From positions 71,864 through 135,863 of the forward strand of contig DASWWS010000001.1 of NCBI GenBank assembly GCA_036405895.1: 64,000 nt of DNA. Reading direction: 5' to 3'. This DNA comes from Minisyncoccota bacterium (GTDB lineage: Bacteria; Patescibacteriota; Minisyncoccia; Phycocordibacterales; UBA9973). Position numbers and translations under genes: made by a program. A model generated the notes under the pieces. It searched no databases. It was given only the letters and a program-made list of their open reading frames with translations, and had not been told where the DNA came from. Positions 1 through 8,616 of this stretch are shown here, piece after piece (position 1 is the stretch's first letter; every line of letters begins with the position of its first letter).

Positions 1-519
1 GTTTCTGGTATACAGGCTGCATTTATTGGCTTTATTATTGTCGCCCTCTTCCTTATCCTGTGGTATCGATTGCCGGGGTTGGTGGCAGTCTTGGCGCTTG
101 GAATTTATGTAGTGATGACGCTCACCCTCTACAAGCTTATTCCAGTGACACTTACGGCAGCCGGAATTGCAGGCTTCATTATTTCAATCGGTATTGCGGT
201 GGATGCAAATATTCTTATCTTCGAGCGCTTCCGCGAAGAGCGCGCTCGAGGCAAGAAAAATGCCGATGCGCTTGACGACGGTTTTGCGCGGGCATGGCAC
301 TCTATCCGCGACGCAAACATTGCGGCAGTAATCATTGCTGTTATCTTATTCTGGTTTGGATCATCGTTGATCAAGGGATTTGCGCTCACGCTCGGCCTCG
401 GTGTCGTGGTAAGCCTTATCAGTGCAATCACTATTACCAAACTCTTTCTCTCTGCGCTTCCAAAAATGGAGGACAGTCGAATCGGTCGGTTTCTCTTTAG
501 TAGCGGCGTTCGGTCATAA
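1..519 (+). CDS. secD: Protein-export membrane protein SecD, C-terminal part; the 5' end lies outside the window
   Basis: Frame 1 is open from position 1 (VSGIQAAFIGFIIVALFLILWYRLPGLVAV...). The C-terminal TM bundle is typical of SecD. It is immediately followed by secF. Confidence 0.75.
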   Translation, partial: VSGIQAAFIGFIIVALFLILWYRLPGLVAVLALGIYVVMTLTLYKLIPVTLTAAGIAGFIISIGIAVDANILIFERFREERARGKKNADALDDGFARAWHSIRDANIAAVIIAVILFWFGSSLIKGFALTLGLGVVVSLISAITITKLFLSALPKMEDSRIGRFLFSSGVRS

Positions 520-536
520 TCAATTCAGTTTTTATC

Positions 537-1436
537 ATGTTTATCATTCAATACAGAACATTTTTCATTTGGCTCTCAGTTGCACTGTGCACGATTTCAC
601 TCGCTGCGGTTGCAATGTTCGGCCTTCCGCTTGGCATTGATTTCAAGGGGGGATCATCTATTGAGCTTGCGTACAGCACTCCTCGCCCTGAAGTTTCAGT
701 TATTCACTCCGCACTTACTACTGCTGGATATGAAGATGCAGTAGTACAGCCAGTAGGTGACGACAGTATTGTCATTAAAAGCAGCGAACTGAGCGAAGAA
801 GAGCGCGCGGCAATTGTAGAAGCAGTGGGAACAACTGGCAGCGTTGAACAGCGTGGATTTACCACTATCGGCCCGTCAGTGGGAGCGGAGCTTAAGAATA
901 AAGCGATTCTTTCAATCGTTCTGGTACTCATCGCAATTATTTTCTTTGTTGCCTATGCATTTCGAAAAGTTTCCGAGCCAGTTTCCTCATGGAAGTTTGG
1001 ACTTGCGGTGATAATTGCTTTGATTCACGATATTATTATTCCGCTTGGCGCATTTGCAATCATTTCGCATATTACCGGTGCCGAGCTCGATACATTGTTT
1101 ATTGTTGCATTGCTTACAACGCTTGCACTCTCAATTTCAGACACGATTGTTGTGTTTGACCGTGTGCGCGAACATTTGGGCAGCGACAAAAAACAGCCGT
1201 TTCCCGAGCTTGTAGGAGAGAGTCTTAGAGAAACATTTGGGCGCTCTATCAATACATCCTTGATGGTGTTGGTGATGATTGTTGCGCTTGCAGTGTTTGG
1301 TCCTGCAAGTACACAGCTCTTCGCAACCATTCTCGCTATCGGAACATTCTTCGGTATTTACTCTTCAATTTTCTTGGCGAGCCCTATCCTAGTGATGATG
1401 GAGCAGTCTCAAAAGAAGGAAAAAAGCGAAAAATAG
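537..1436 (+). CDS. secF: Protein-export membrane protein SecF
   Basis: 299 aa. N-terminal TM, then periplasmic-type domain (GIDFKGGSSIELAY), then a C-terminal RND-like TM bundle. Classic secD-secF adjacency. Confidence 0.85.
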   Translation: MFIIQYRTFFIWLSVALCTISLAAVAMFGLPLGIDFKGGSSIELAYSTPRPEVSVIHSALTTAGYEDAVVQPVGDDSIVIKSSELSEEERAAIVEAVGTTGSVEQRGFTTIGPSVGAELKNKAILSIVLVLIAIIFFVAYAFRKVSEPVSSWKFGLAVIIALIHDIIIPLGAFAIISHITGAELDTLFIVALLTTLALSISDTIVVFDRVREHLGSDKKQPFPELVGESLRETFGRSINTSLMVLVMIVALAVFGPASTQLFATILAIGTFFGIYSSIFLASPILVMMEQSQKKEKSEK

Positions 1437-1440
1437 CCAT

Positions 1441-1500
1441 TTCAGAAGGACGGTCCTTCTGAAATCCCCCTAGCAAGGACCGTCCTTGCTAGGGGGATTT
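1441..1500. repeat. Palindromic intergenic repeat element, copy A. Two perfect hairpins, TCAGAAGGACGGTCCTTCTGA and CCCCCTAGCAAGGACCGTCCTTGCTAGGGGG, followed by a T-run. It doubles as the secF intrinsic terminator.
   Basis: Perfect inverted repeats read directly. The same hairpin units recur at 23181-23262 and 34497-34548. Confidence 0.8.
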
Positions 1501-1542
1501 TTGCTTCTTTGCGGGTTTTGGTGCGCGTGCTATGCTGACTAT

Positions 1543-2094
1543 ATGACATGGATAATAATTGCAATTGTAGCTGTTCTGGTACTGTGGTTTATCATTACCT
1601 ATAACGGTTTTGTCACCATTCGAAATCGCGTAGAAGAAGCGTGGGCTGATATTGAGGTTCAGCTTAAGCGCCGCTATGACTTGATTCCCAACCTTATCAA
1701 TACCGTCAAAGGATATGCCGCCCATGAAGCGAGTGTGTTCGAAAAGGTGACAGCAGCGCGATCGACTGCAATGCAGGCAGGAACTGCGGCCGAGCATTCA
1801 AAGGCAGAAGGGGAGCTTTCTGGAACACTCAAGAGCCTCTTCGCGATTGCAGAGGCATACCCGGACCTCAAGGCGAACACCAACTTCCTTGAACTCCAGC
1901 GCGAGCTCTCTGACACTGAAAACAAGATTCAGGCAGCACGCCGCTTTTACAACGGCAATGTGCGCGACTACAACACCAAGCTTGAAACAGCGCCTTCAAA
2001 CGTTGTGGGCAAGATGTTTTCATTCACTTCAAAAGAATACTTTGATATTCCGGACGATGGAGTTGAATCAAAGCCAGTGGAAGTGAAGTTCTAA
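1543..2094 (+). CDS. lemA: LemA family membrane protein
   Basis: MTWIIIAIVAVLVLWFIITYNGF... then the conserved LemA core EEAWADIEVQLKRRYDLIPNLINTVKGYAAHE. Start moved to the ATG at 1543; the ORF-track extension overlaps the upstream palindromic element. Confidence 0.8.
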   Translation: MTWIIIAIVAVLVLWFIITYNGFVTIRNRVEEAWADIEVQLKRRYDLIPNLINTVKGYAAHEASVFEKVTAARSTAMQAGTAAEHSKAEGELSGTLKSLFAIAEAYPDLKANTNFLELQRELSDTENKIQAARRFYNGNVRDYNTKLETAPSNVVGKMFSFTSKEYFDIPDDGVESKPVEVKF

Positions 2095-2107
2095 TTCAAT
2101 TTACTCA

Positions 2108-3013
2108 ATGGCTACAATCTATACGCACAAAGCTGAAAATGTCACAAAAACATGGCTCCTTGTCGGAGTGTTTGTGGCAGTTGTGCTCGCCATTGGATAT
2201 TTCTTGGCAGCGTACTACAACAACCCCGGCATCGTAACGATTGCAATCATCTTCGCAGTGGTGATGAATATCACGAGCTACTGGTTTTCTGACAAAATTG
2301 CGCTCCGCCTTGCGCATGCGGTGCCGGCTCGAGTGGAGCAGTATCCGGAGCTTCACCGCATTGTCGAAAACCTCTCTATCACGGCCGGCCTTCCAAAGCC
2401 TGGTGTATATATTATTCCTGATGCTGCGCCAAATGCCTTTGCCACAGGCCGAAATGCAAAGCACGCTTCAGTTGCAGTGACAGAAGGCTTGCTCGCACTG
2501 CTTGAAAGAAATGAGCTTGAAGGGGTGATTGCGCATGAGCTTGCACACATCGGCAACAAAGACATTTTGCTCCAAAGTATGGTTGCGGTACTTGTTGGAT
2601 TTATTTCTATTATTGCGGATATGGTCTCACGAAGCTTATTGTTCGGTGGCATGTCTAATAACCATGGCGACAGCGACAACAAGGGCGCAAATATTATTGC
2701 GATCATCGGTATTATTTTTGTCATCCTCTCGCCGATCATTGCGATGATGATACAGCTTGCTATCTCACGCCGTCGCGAATATTTAGCTGACGCAACAGGA
2801 GCACTGCTTACGCGCTATCCTGAAGGCTTGGCAAATGCACTTGCAAAGATTTCAAGCTATGGCAGGCCTATGGCAAATGCAACGAATGCAACCGCGCACA
2901 TGTATATCAGTAACCCGTTTGGCGGAAAGGCTGCAAGCGGTATTGCGCACTTGTTCATGACACATCCACCGGCTGAGAAACGCATTGCTCGCTTACACGA
3001 AATGGCGCAGTAA
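2108..3013 (+). CDS. htpX: Zn-dependent membrane protease HtpX (M48 family)
   Basis: HELAHIGNKD zinc motif and TM segments. The C-terminal region matches the HtpX pattern (FMTHPP..RI). Confidence 0.85.
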   Translation: MATIYTHKAENVTKTWLLVGVFVAVVLAIGYFLAAYYNNPGIVTIAIIFAVVMNITSYWFSDKIALRLAHAVPARVEQYPELHRIVENLSITAGLPKPGVYIIPDAAPNAFATGRNAKHASVAVTEGLLALLERNELEGVIAHELAHIGNKDILLQSMVAVLVGFISIIADMVSRSLLFGGMSNNHGDSDNKGANIIAIIGIIFVILSPIIAMMIQLAISRRREYLADATGALLTRYPEGLANALAKISSYGRPMANATNATAHMYISNPFGGKAASGIAHLFMTHPPAEKRIARLHEMAQ

Positions 3014-3015
3014 AA

Positions 3016-3537
3016 ATGAAAAACCGCGGATTCACTTTAATCGAACTCCTTGTCGTTATTGCAGTTATTGGCATTCTTGCATCAGTGGTGATGGCAAGTT
3101 TAAACAGTGCTCGAGTGAAAGCCCGAAACGCGCGAAGGACAAGCGATATAAAACAACTATCGAATGCATTTCATCTAGGGCTTGATGGAACCGGGTCACT
3201 TCCAAGCAGTAATGGCACGTGGGCATGCGTCAGTGCAACGTGTTATGACGGATGGAGCGTACAAGCCCCTGTTGCTGCAGTCGATACCTATCTCGCACCA
3301 TATCTTCCTACAAAGCCATCGGACCCAGTGGGAGGGTCCCGCGGATATGGCGGGTATTTATATCTTAGTGCTTGGGTAGGGAGCGTTCGCTATAACGGAC
3401 TCACCTATCCTGCAGGAGCATACCTTTATTGGAATGTTGAGATGCCTGCAACAGAAAGTTCATGCGCTCCAGGTGGAATTTTGAGCTTTGGCACAAGCGG
3501 AACCTATGCCTCTTGTATGCTCCAACTTAATACATAG
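3016..3537 (+). CDS. Type IV pilin-like protein (prepilin-type N-terminal cleavage/methylation domain), paralog 1
   Basis: MKNRGFTLIELLVVIAVIGILASVVMASLNSAR class III signal. Conserved Cys pair (WACVSATCY) and YLAPYLPxKPSDPVGGSRGYGGYLY block shared with the paralogs at 3793 and 11711. Confidence 0.8.
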   Translation: MKNRGFTLIELLVVIAVIGILASVVMASLNSARVKARNARRTSDIKQLSNAFHLGLDGTGSLPSSNGTWACVSATCYDGWSVQAPVAAVDTYLAPYLPTKPSDPVGGSRGYGGYLYLSAWVGSVRYNGLTYPAGAYLYWNVEMPATESSCAPGGILSFGTSGTYASCMLQLNT

Positions 3538-3574
3538 TTGCGAAATCTCTCTGAGCAAGTAGAATCTAGAACAC

Positions 3575-3661
3575 GGAGGATTCGCATAGCGGTCTAGTGC
3601 ACCATGTTGGAAACGTGGCAGGGTAGTAATGCCCTCGGGAGTTCGAATCTCCCATCCTCCG
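3575..3661 (+). tRNA. tRNA-Ser (anticodon GGA), type II with long variable arm
   Basis: Folded by hand. Acceptor GGAGGAT/ATCCTCC; D-stem GCAT/GTGC; anticodon stem CCATG/CGTGG with loop TTGGAAA (anticodon GGA); long variable arm CAGGGTAGTAATGCCCTCG; T-arm GGGAG-TTCGAAT-CTCCC; discriminator G. CCA is not encoded. Confidence 0.75.
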
Positions 3662-3792
3662 CAAAAATAGGAAGTCATCAAAGATGACGACCATATTTTT
3701 GCGCAGTGCATTATAAGGAGCCTTAACGACTATATAATGCCTCCGCAAAGCCTGAGCGATTCGAATCCCGTACCTTCTGTTATAATAAGGTA

Positions 3793-4314
3793 ATGAAAAA
3801 CCGCGGGTTTACCCTCATTGAACTTTTGGTAGTCATCGCGGTGATCGGCATTTTGGCAAGTGTTGTGATGGCAAGTTTAAACTCTGCGAGAGTGAAGGCC
3901 CGTAATGCTCGCCGAAGCAGCGACATCAAGCAGCTCTACAATGCCTTTCAGCTTGGTCTTGATACTACAGGAGCGCTTCCTAATAATGGAGCAGCATGGT
4001 CATGTGTGAGCGCAACGTGCTATGAAGGGTGGAGTGGTAACACAGCGCACGCAACAGTGGATGCATATCTTGCACCGTATCTTCCCAGCAAGCCGTCCGA
4101 CCCAGTTGGCGGAAGTCGGGGGCATGGAGGATATCTTTATAATGTTGCATGGCCCGGGAGTGTTGCATATGACGGCTACACATTTCCTGCAGGATCATAT
4201 ATCTACTGGCTCCCTGAAGCTCCGCTCGGGCCCAACTCATGCGCACCAGGGCGATTGTTGGCAGTTGCTTCGGGTGGTAACTACGCAGCATGCATGCTCC
4301 AGCTAGATCGCTAA
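3793..4314 (+). CDS. Type IV pilin-like protein, paralog 2 (tandem to 3016-3537)
   Basis: The first ~50 aa are near-identical to paralog 1. The C-terminal domain is divergent but keeps the same Cys positions. Confidence 0.8.
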   Translation: MKNRGFTLIELLVVIAVIGILASVVMASLNSARVKARNARRSSDIKQLYNAFQLGLDTTGALPNNGAAWSCVSATCYEGWSGNTAHATVDAYLAPYLPSKPSDPVGGSRGHGGYLYNVAWPGSVAYDGYTFPAGSYIYWLPEAPLGPNSCAPGRLLAVASGGNYAACMLQLDR

Positions 4315-4392
4315 TTATTTCTCCACAAAAAAACTAAAAAATCCTTTAGTAATATATGCAAATGTTGTAAAATAGAGCTATCTATTAGCTCG

Positions 4393-7305
4393 ATGCAATA
4401 CCACTTTTTTAAAAAACTTTTTTATGCACTGAGTATTCTCGCGATAGTATTTTCCGCAACTTCGCCTGTTGTTTTTGCGGCTCCGGGCGTACCAAACATT
4501 GTCAACTATCAAGGAAGGCTTACTGATAATGCAGGCAGACTTCTTGGTGGAAGCGGCACCAATTATTATTTTCGTTTTTCATTGTGGACTACTCCTACGG
4601 TAGGAGGCGGAAGCAAGCTGTGGCCTGCTGGCCAGCCGGGCACGGTAACTACAAACGTTGTCGATGGGGTGTTTAATGTAAACATTGGCGACACCGTAAA
4701 CGGCTATCCTGATGCGCTCGATTACAATTTCAACGATAGTGATGCGGTGTACCTACAAATCGAAGTATCAAGCAACGGATCTTCATTTGAAACACTTGGT
4801 CCTCGCCAGCGCATCGTTTCGAGTGGGTACGCGATTAATGCGCAGACGGTCGCTGGTCTTGCTCCCGGAACTAGTGCAAACAATATCCTCACGCTCGGCG
4901 CAGACGGAGAGATAGTGCTTTCAAGCACTGGCGTTTCAACGCTTGGGGATATTGCTGCGGGAGTCATTTCAGCCGGTACATGGAATGGGTCTGCTATTGA
5001 AGACACATATTTTGTGAAGACAGGAGATTGGACGGGGTTGTTTGACGGAAACGAGGGAAGCTATTATTTGGACGCAAACAATCTCACAAACTTTGATACA
5101 CGCATTGCAACCGCAGTCGCAAGCCTCACCACCGACGACATCGCAGAGGGCGACAACAATTTTTATTTCAGCAACACGCTTGCGCGCGGAGCGCTTTCGG
5201 CGGGGAGTGGTATAACGTATGACAACACGAGTGGCGTCATTTCAAACAGTGGAGCGCTTTCATTCAATACGCGAACAGGGGACATCACGCTTGTTTCCGG
5301 CGACGTGACGGACGCGCTCGGCTTTGCGCCAATGAACCCATCAGGAACGACGGCGCAGTATTTCCGGGGAAACGGCACGCTTGCAACATTTCCAACAACA
5401 GTGTCATCGTTTACTAACGATAGCGGGTTTATAACAGGCAACCAAACGATTACTCTTTCAGGAGATATTTCAGGGTCGGGCACCACCGCAATCACTACTG
5501 CCATAGGTGCAGGGAAGGTGACCAATACCATGCTGGCAGGCTCTATTGCAGCATCAAAACTTGTTGGTACTGATATTGTCACTGTTGGGACAATCGGGGC
5601 GGGTACATGGAATGGCACAGTAATTACTCCTGCATATGGTGGAACAGGAGTGAGCACTATTACGGGAATCGTAAAAGGAAACGGTACCTCGGCATTTACG
5701 GCTGCAGTTGCCGGTACAGACTATGAAGTCCCTTTGACATTTTCGACCGGGCTCACGCGCTCTACAAATACAATAACAATTGATAACACTGTGGTGACCC
5801 TGACAGGGAGCCAGGCACTTTCGAATAAGACTGGGAATATTTCACAGTGGACCAACGATGTCGGATATGCGACAGGGGGCGGAACTGCTTCTGGAACAAA
5901 TACCGGAGACATTACGCTTGGAACAATTGGTTCATCTCCTAACACAAGCGGCGCAAGCCTGGTAGGGCAAGTACTGACCTTGCAGCCCGCAGATGCAACG
6001 CGCGGAGGAGTGTTGACGGCAACGGCACAGGAGATTTTAGGAGAAAAAAAATTCCTCAATCGAATCGTCATTGAAAAGTCAGTCGACTCGTCTTTTATTG
6101 CAAACTCTACAACCGGGCGCTCGGTGGCAGTGGTGTCTGGCGCATTGAAGTCATCGTTTCTTTTTGATAACGGCGGGCCTTTCTCAATTCAAACCAATAC
6201 AAAAGCAAATGTTAACAACGGAACGCCGAGCGGTGTTTCACTTCTTGAGCTCAGTGCCACAGGGGATATGTCAATCGGTACGACTACTGCAGCTGACCAG
6301 CCGCGCCTCGATGTTCTTGTAGCAACTGCAAGTATTACCACTGCAAGCCGTACTGTTATACGCGGACGCAACGCTGGCTCGTCATTTGTCACTTCAGGAC
6401 AAGCAAAGACAAACTATATCGCCGAGTTTATCAATACTGCCACTCGAAGTACCGGTGCAAACAATCTTACCAATGTGGCGCTCTATGCTTCTGCAAGCGG
6501 GGCACAGGTAAACTACGCGGGTATTTTTGCGGCAGGGAATGTGGGTATTGGGGATGTGACCCCGGACTACACGCTCGACGTGAAGGGGACAATTTGTCAG
6601 GACACTGATTCAGACGAAACCTGTGACGGGTCGGTTACTTCTGATGCGCGATTAAAAACAAATATCGAAACTATTCCTTCGGCCCTTGAAAAAATCAGAC
6701 AGCTTCGAGGGGTGTACTTTGATTGGGACGAAACGAACAGCCATACGGCATTTCTTGGACGCGGGACTCGGCAGGTAGGAGTAATCGCGCAGGAAATCGA
6801 AGCGGTATTTCCTTCGCTTATTTATCGAGACAGCAGCGGGTATCGAATGGTCGACTATCAAAAACTCACCGGGCCGTTGATTGAGGCGGTAAAAGAGCTT
6901 GATATACAGGTCCAAGCAATTCCTGTATATGAAGACGAAACATTCACAGAAAAAATTGCTGACTTTTTGCGAGGTATTGCCGAGCGCGGAGAAGCGATTA
7001 TCGATACGGTCCGCGCAAAGAAATTGTGCGCAGAAGACGTGTGCATCAACCGCGACCAGCTCCAAGAGATGATTGAGTACATCAACAACCAACAAGAACA
7101 GTCTTCCGGAGGATCTTCATCGAATCCTCCAGTAGATGAAGAAATTCCGCCAGGCGATGCAGAGCCTGAAGGAGATACTGTGCCGGAAGGGGGAGAAGAT
7201 ACTCCGCCTGCTGAAGAAGAGCTGGTACTGGAAGAAACACCCGAACCCGAACCTGTTCCCGAAGAAAGTCCTGAACCAGAACCTGAATCACCTCCAGTCG
7301 AATAA
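4393..7305 (+). CDS. Secreted tail-fibre-like surface protein with a C-terminal intramolecular chaperone auto-processing domain (peptidase S74-like) and an acidic Pro/Glu-rich tail
   Basis: Signal peptide. N-terminal IVNYQGRLTD...LW...GVFNVNIG motif. Long Gly/Thr/Ser-rich beta-type repeats. TSDARLKTNIETIPSALEKIRQLRGVYFDWDE...VGVIAQEIEAVFPSLI...GYRMVDYQKLTGPLIEAVKEL matches the S74 chaperone-of-endosialidase signature. The last ~70 aa are PE-rich. Confidence 0.75.
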   Translation: MQYHFFKKLFYALSILAIVFSATSPVVFAAPGVPNIVNYQGRLTDNAGRLLGGSGTNYYFRFSLWTTPTVGGGSKLWPAGQPGTVTTNVVDGVFNVNIGDTVNGYPDALDYNFNDSDAVYLQIEVSSNGSSFETLGPRQRIVSSGYAINAQTVAGLAPGTSANNILTLGADGEIVLSSTGVSTLGDIAAGVISAGTWNGSAIEDTYFVKTGDWTGLFDGNEGSYYLDANNLTNFDTRIATAVASLTTDDIAEGDNNFYFSNTLARGALSAGSGITYDNTSGVISNSGALSFNTRTGDITLVSGDVTDALGFAPMNPSGTTAQYFRGNGTLATFPTTVSSFTNDSGFITGNQTITLSGDISGSGTTAITTAIGAGKVTNTMLAGSIAASKLVGTDIVTVGTIGAGTWNGTVITPAYGGTGVSTITGIVKGNGTSAFTAAVAGTDYEVPLTFSTGLTRSTNTITIDNTVVTLTGSQALSNKTGNISQWTNDVGYATGGGTASGTNTGDITLGTIGSSPNTSGASLVGQVLTLQPADATRGGVLTATAQEILGEKKFLNRIVIEKSVDSSFIANSTTGRSVAVVSGALKSSFLFDNGGPFSIQTNTKANVNNGTPSGVSLLELSATGDMSIGTTTAADQPRLDVLVATASITTASRTVIRGRNAGSSFVTSGQAKTNYIAEFINTATRSTGANNLTNVALYASASGAQVNYAGIFAAGNVGIGDVTPDYTLDVKGTICQDTDSDETCDGSVTSDARLKTNIETIPSALEKIRQLRGVYFDWDETNSHTAFLGRGTRQVGVIAQEIEAVFPSLIYRDSSGYRMVDYQKLTGPLIEAVKELDIQVQAIPVYEDETFTEKIADFLRGIAERGEAIIDTVRAKKLCAEDVCINRDQLQEMIEYINNQQEQSSGGSSSNPPVDEEIPPGDAEPEGDTVPEGGEDTPPAEEELVLEETPEPEPVPEESPEPEPESPPVE

Positions 7306-8612
7306 TGACTTCCTTTCCGTATAAAAAAAGTATCATAGCGTTTGCCTTAAGCATATCTCTTGGAGTACTGATGCATCCCGAGAATGGCTTTGGTATTACG
7401 CCAACCTCTTCAAGTTACACTGTACATAACCCGGTCATTACCAGTGGCTTTGCCTCAATGGCATCCGGAAATTTTGGATTAGGCCAGTCATTTGGTCAAT
7501 CGGTTATCGGCAAGTCGCTTTCATCATCATTTGCAGTGTGGAGCGGATTTCAATATTTTGCCAGTGCGGGAACATTCACCCTTTCCGGGGTGGGGGGATC
7601 AAGTCAGGCGCAACTTTCTTGGACAATACCCGAGGTATTTAACGGAGCAGTTATTTCCGGGTATGAAGTGGGAATCGGGACAACATCGGGCTCGTATACG
7701 TTTCAGGATGTTGGGAATGTCACTTCGTTTACAAAAACAGGGCTCAATAACAATACGCCGTACTATTTTTTAGTGAAAGCGCACACTGCTTCAGGTGCAC
7801 CATTGTCGTTTTCCAATGAAGTGAGTATTACTCCAACAGGAACTATTACCCCGCCAGGCGGCGGTGGTGGTGGAGGGGGAGGAGGCAGTTCAACGGGGAC
7901 GGGGAGCGTTATTGTTTCAGGAATCGCATATCCGGGAGCGACAGTCGTTATTCTTAAAGACGGCAAGATTGAAACACAAACCACTGCCGACCCCGGAGGC
8001 GCATTTAACGTGCTTCTCTCAAGCCTTCGCGCAACCCACTATGCAATCGGCGTGTATGCCGAGGATACTGCAGGAAGAAAATCTCCTCCATACAGTTTTC
8101 CGGTCACGCTTGCAGACCAAGTCACAATTACTATTGCCAACGTATTTCTTGCGCCAACTATCGGCGTTGATAAGTCGGTCGTTGCGCAAGGAGAGCCGAT
8201 TGGAATTTTCGGTTCTTCCGCACCTAATACGCAGGTGAATATTTATGTGCACTCCGCGCAAGAGTTTGTGGAGAAGGTGACTTCAACTACCACCGGTGCG
8301 TGGTTTAAGCAGTTCGACACCACCTTTCTTGAAATAGGAGACCATAGTACATTTTCTCGCGCTGTGCTTTCTGACCAAGTAACGAATACCAGTGTGACAG
8401 TACCGTTCGTTGTGGGTACAACATCAGTTCCGATAGAGACGCTCGGTCGGAGCGACTTGAACAACGACGGGCGCGTGAACATTACCGACTTTTCCATGCT
8501 CTTGTACTATTGGCAAGGAACCCCGCCGCCCGGTTCAAAGGTGGATATTATAAAAGACGGCATTGTTAACAGTACAGACCTCTCAATCATGCTCTATGAT
8601 TGGACTGGATAA
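7305..8612 (+). CDS. Secreted FN3-domain protein with a poly-Gly linker and a C-terminal dockerin (two Ca-binding repeats)
   Basis: The start overlaps the previous stop (TAATG). FN3-like block (GYEVGIGTTSGSYTFQDVGNVTSFTKTGLNNNTPYYFLVKAHT). G10 linker. C-terminal DLNNDGRVNITDFSMLLYYW ... DIIKDGIVNSTDLSIMLYDW matches DxNxDGxVNxxD twice. Confidence 0.7.
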   Translation: MTSFPYKKSIIAFALSISLGVLMHPENGFGITPTSSSYTVHNPVITSGFASMASGNFGLGQSFGQSVIGKSLSSSFAVWSGFQYFASAGTFTLSGVGGSSQAQLSWTIPEVFNGAVISGYEVGIGTTSGSYTFQDVGNVTSFTKTGLNNNTPYYFLVKAHTASGAPLSFSNEVSITPTGTITPPGGGGGGGGGGSSTGTGSVIVSGIAYPGATVVILKDGKIETQTTADPGGAFNVLLSSLRATHYAIGVYAEDTAGRKSPPYSFPVTLADQVTITIANVFLAPTIGVDKSVVAQGEPIGIFGSSAPNTQVNIYVHSAQEFVEKVTSTTTGAWFKQFDTTFLEIGDHSTFSRAVLSDQVTNTSVTVPFVVGTTSVPIETLGRSDLNNDGRVNITDFSMLLYYWQGTPPPGSKVDIIKDGIVNSTDLSIMLYDWTG

Positions 8613-8616
8613 AATT

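Noticed and set aside
1486-1542. N-terminal extensions in the ORF track at several genes (1486, 10426, 13378-13635, 20507-20674, 27488-27658, 34484-34567, 42879-43310, 62306-62461)
   Set aside because: These arise from TTG/GTG read-through or upstream in-frame Met codons. They overlap palindromic repeats, divergent genes or promoter DNA. In each case an ATG sits at a conserved protein N-terminus directly downstream.
3700-3790. Possible second tRNA after tRNA-Ser (GATTCGAATCCC motif)
   Set aside because: A full cloverleaf cannot be drawn, because the T-stem and acceptor halves are missing. Treated as a remnant only.
7858-7890. Poly-G-rich tract as a phase-variable switch
   Set aside because: The tract is a mixed GGC/GGT/GGA/GGG codon run that encodes a Gly10 linker. 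It is not a homopolymer, so slipped-strand variation is unlikely.
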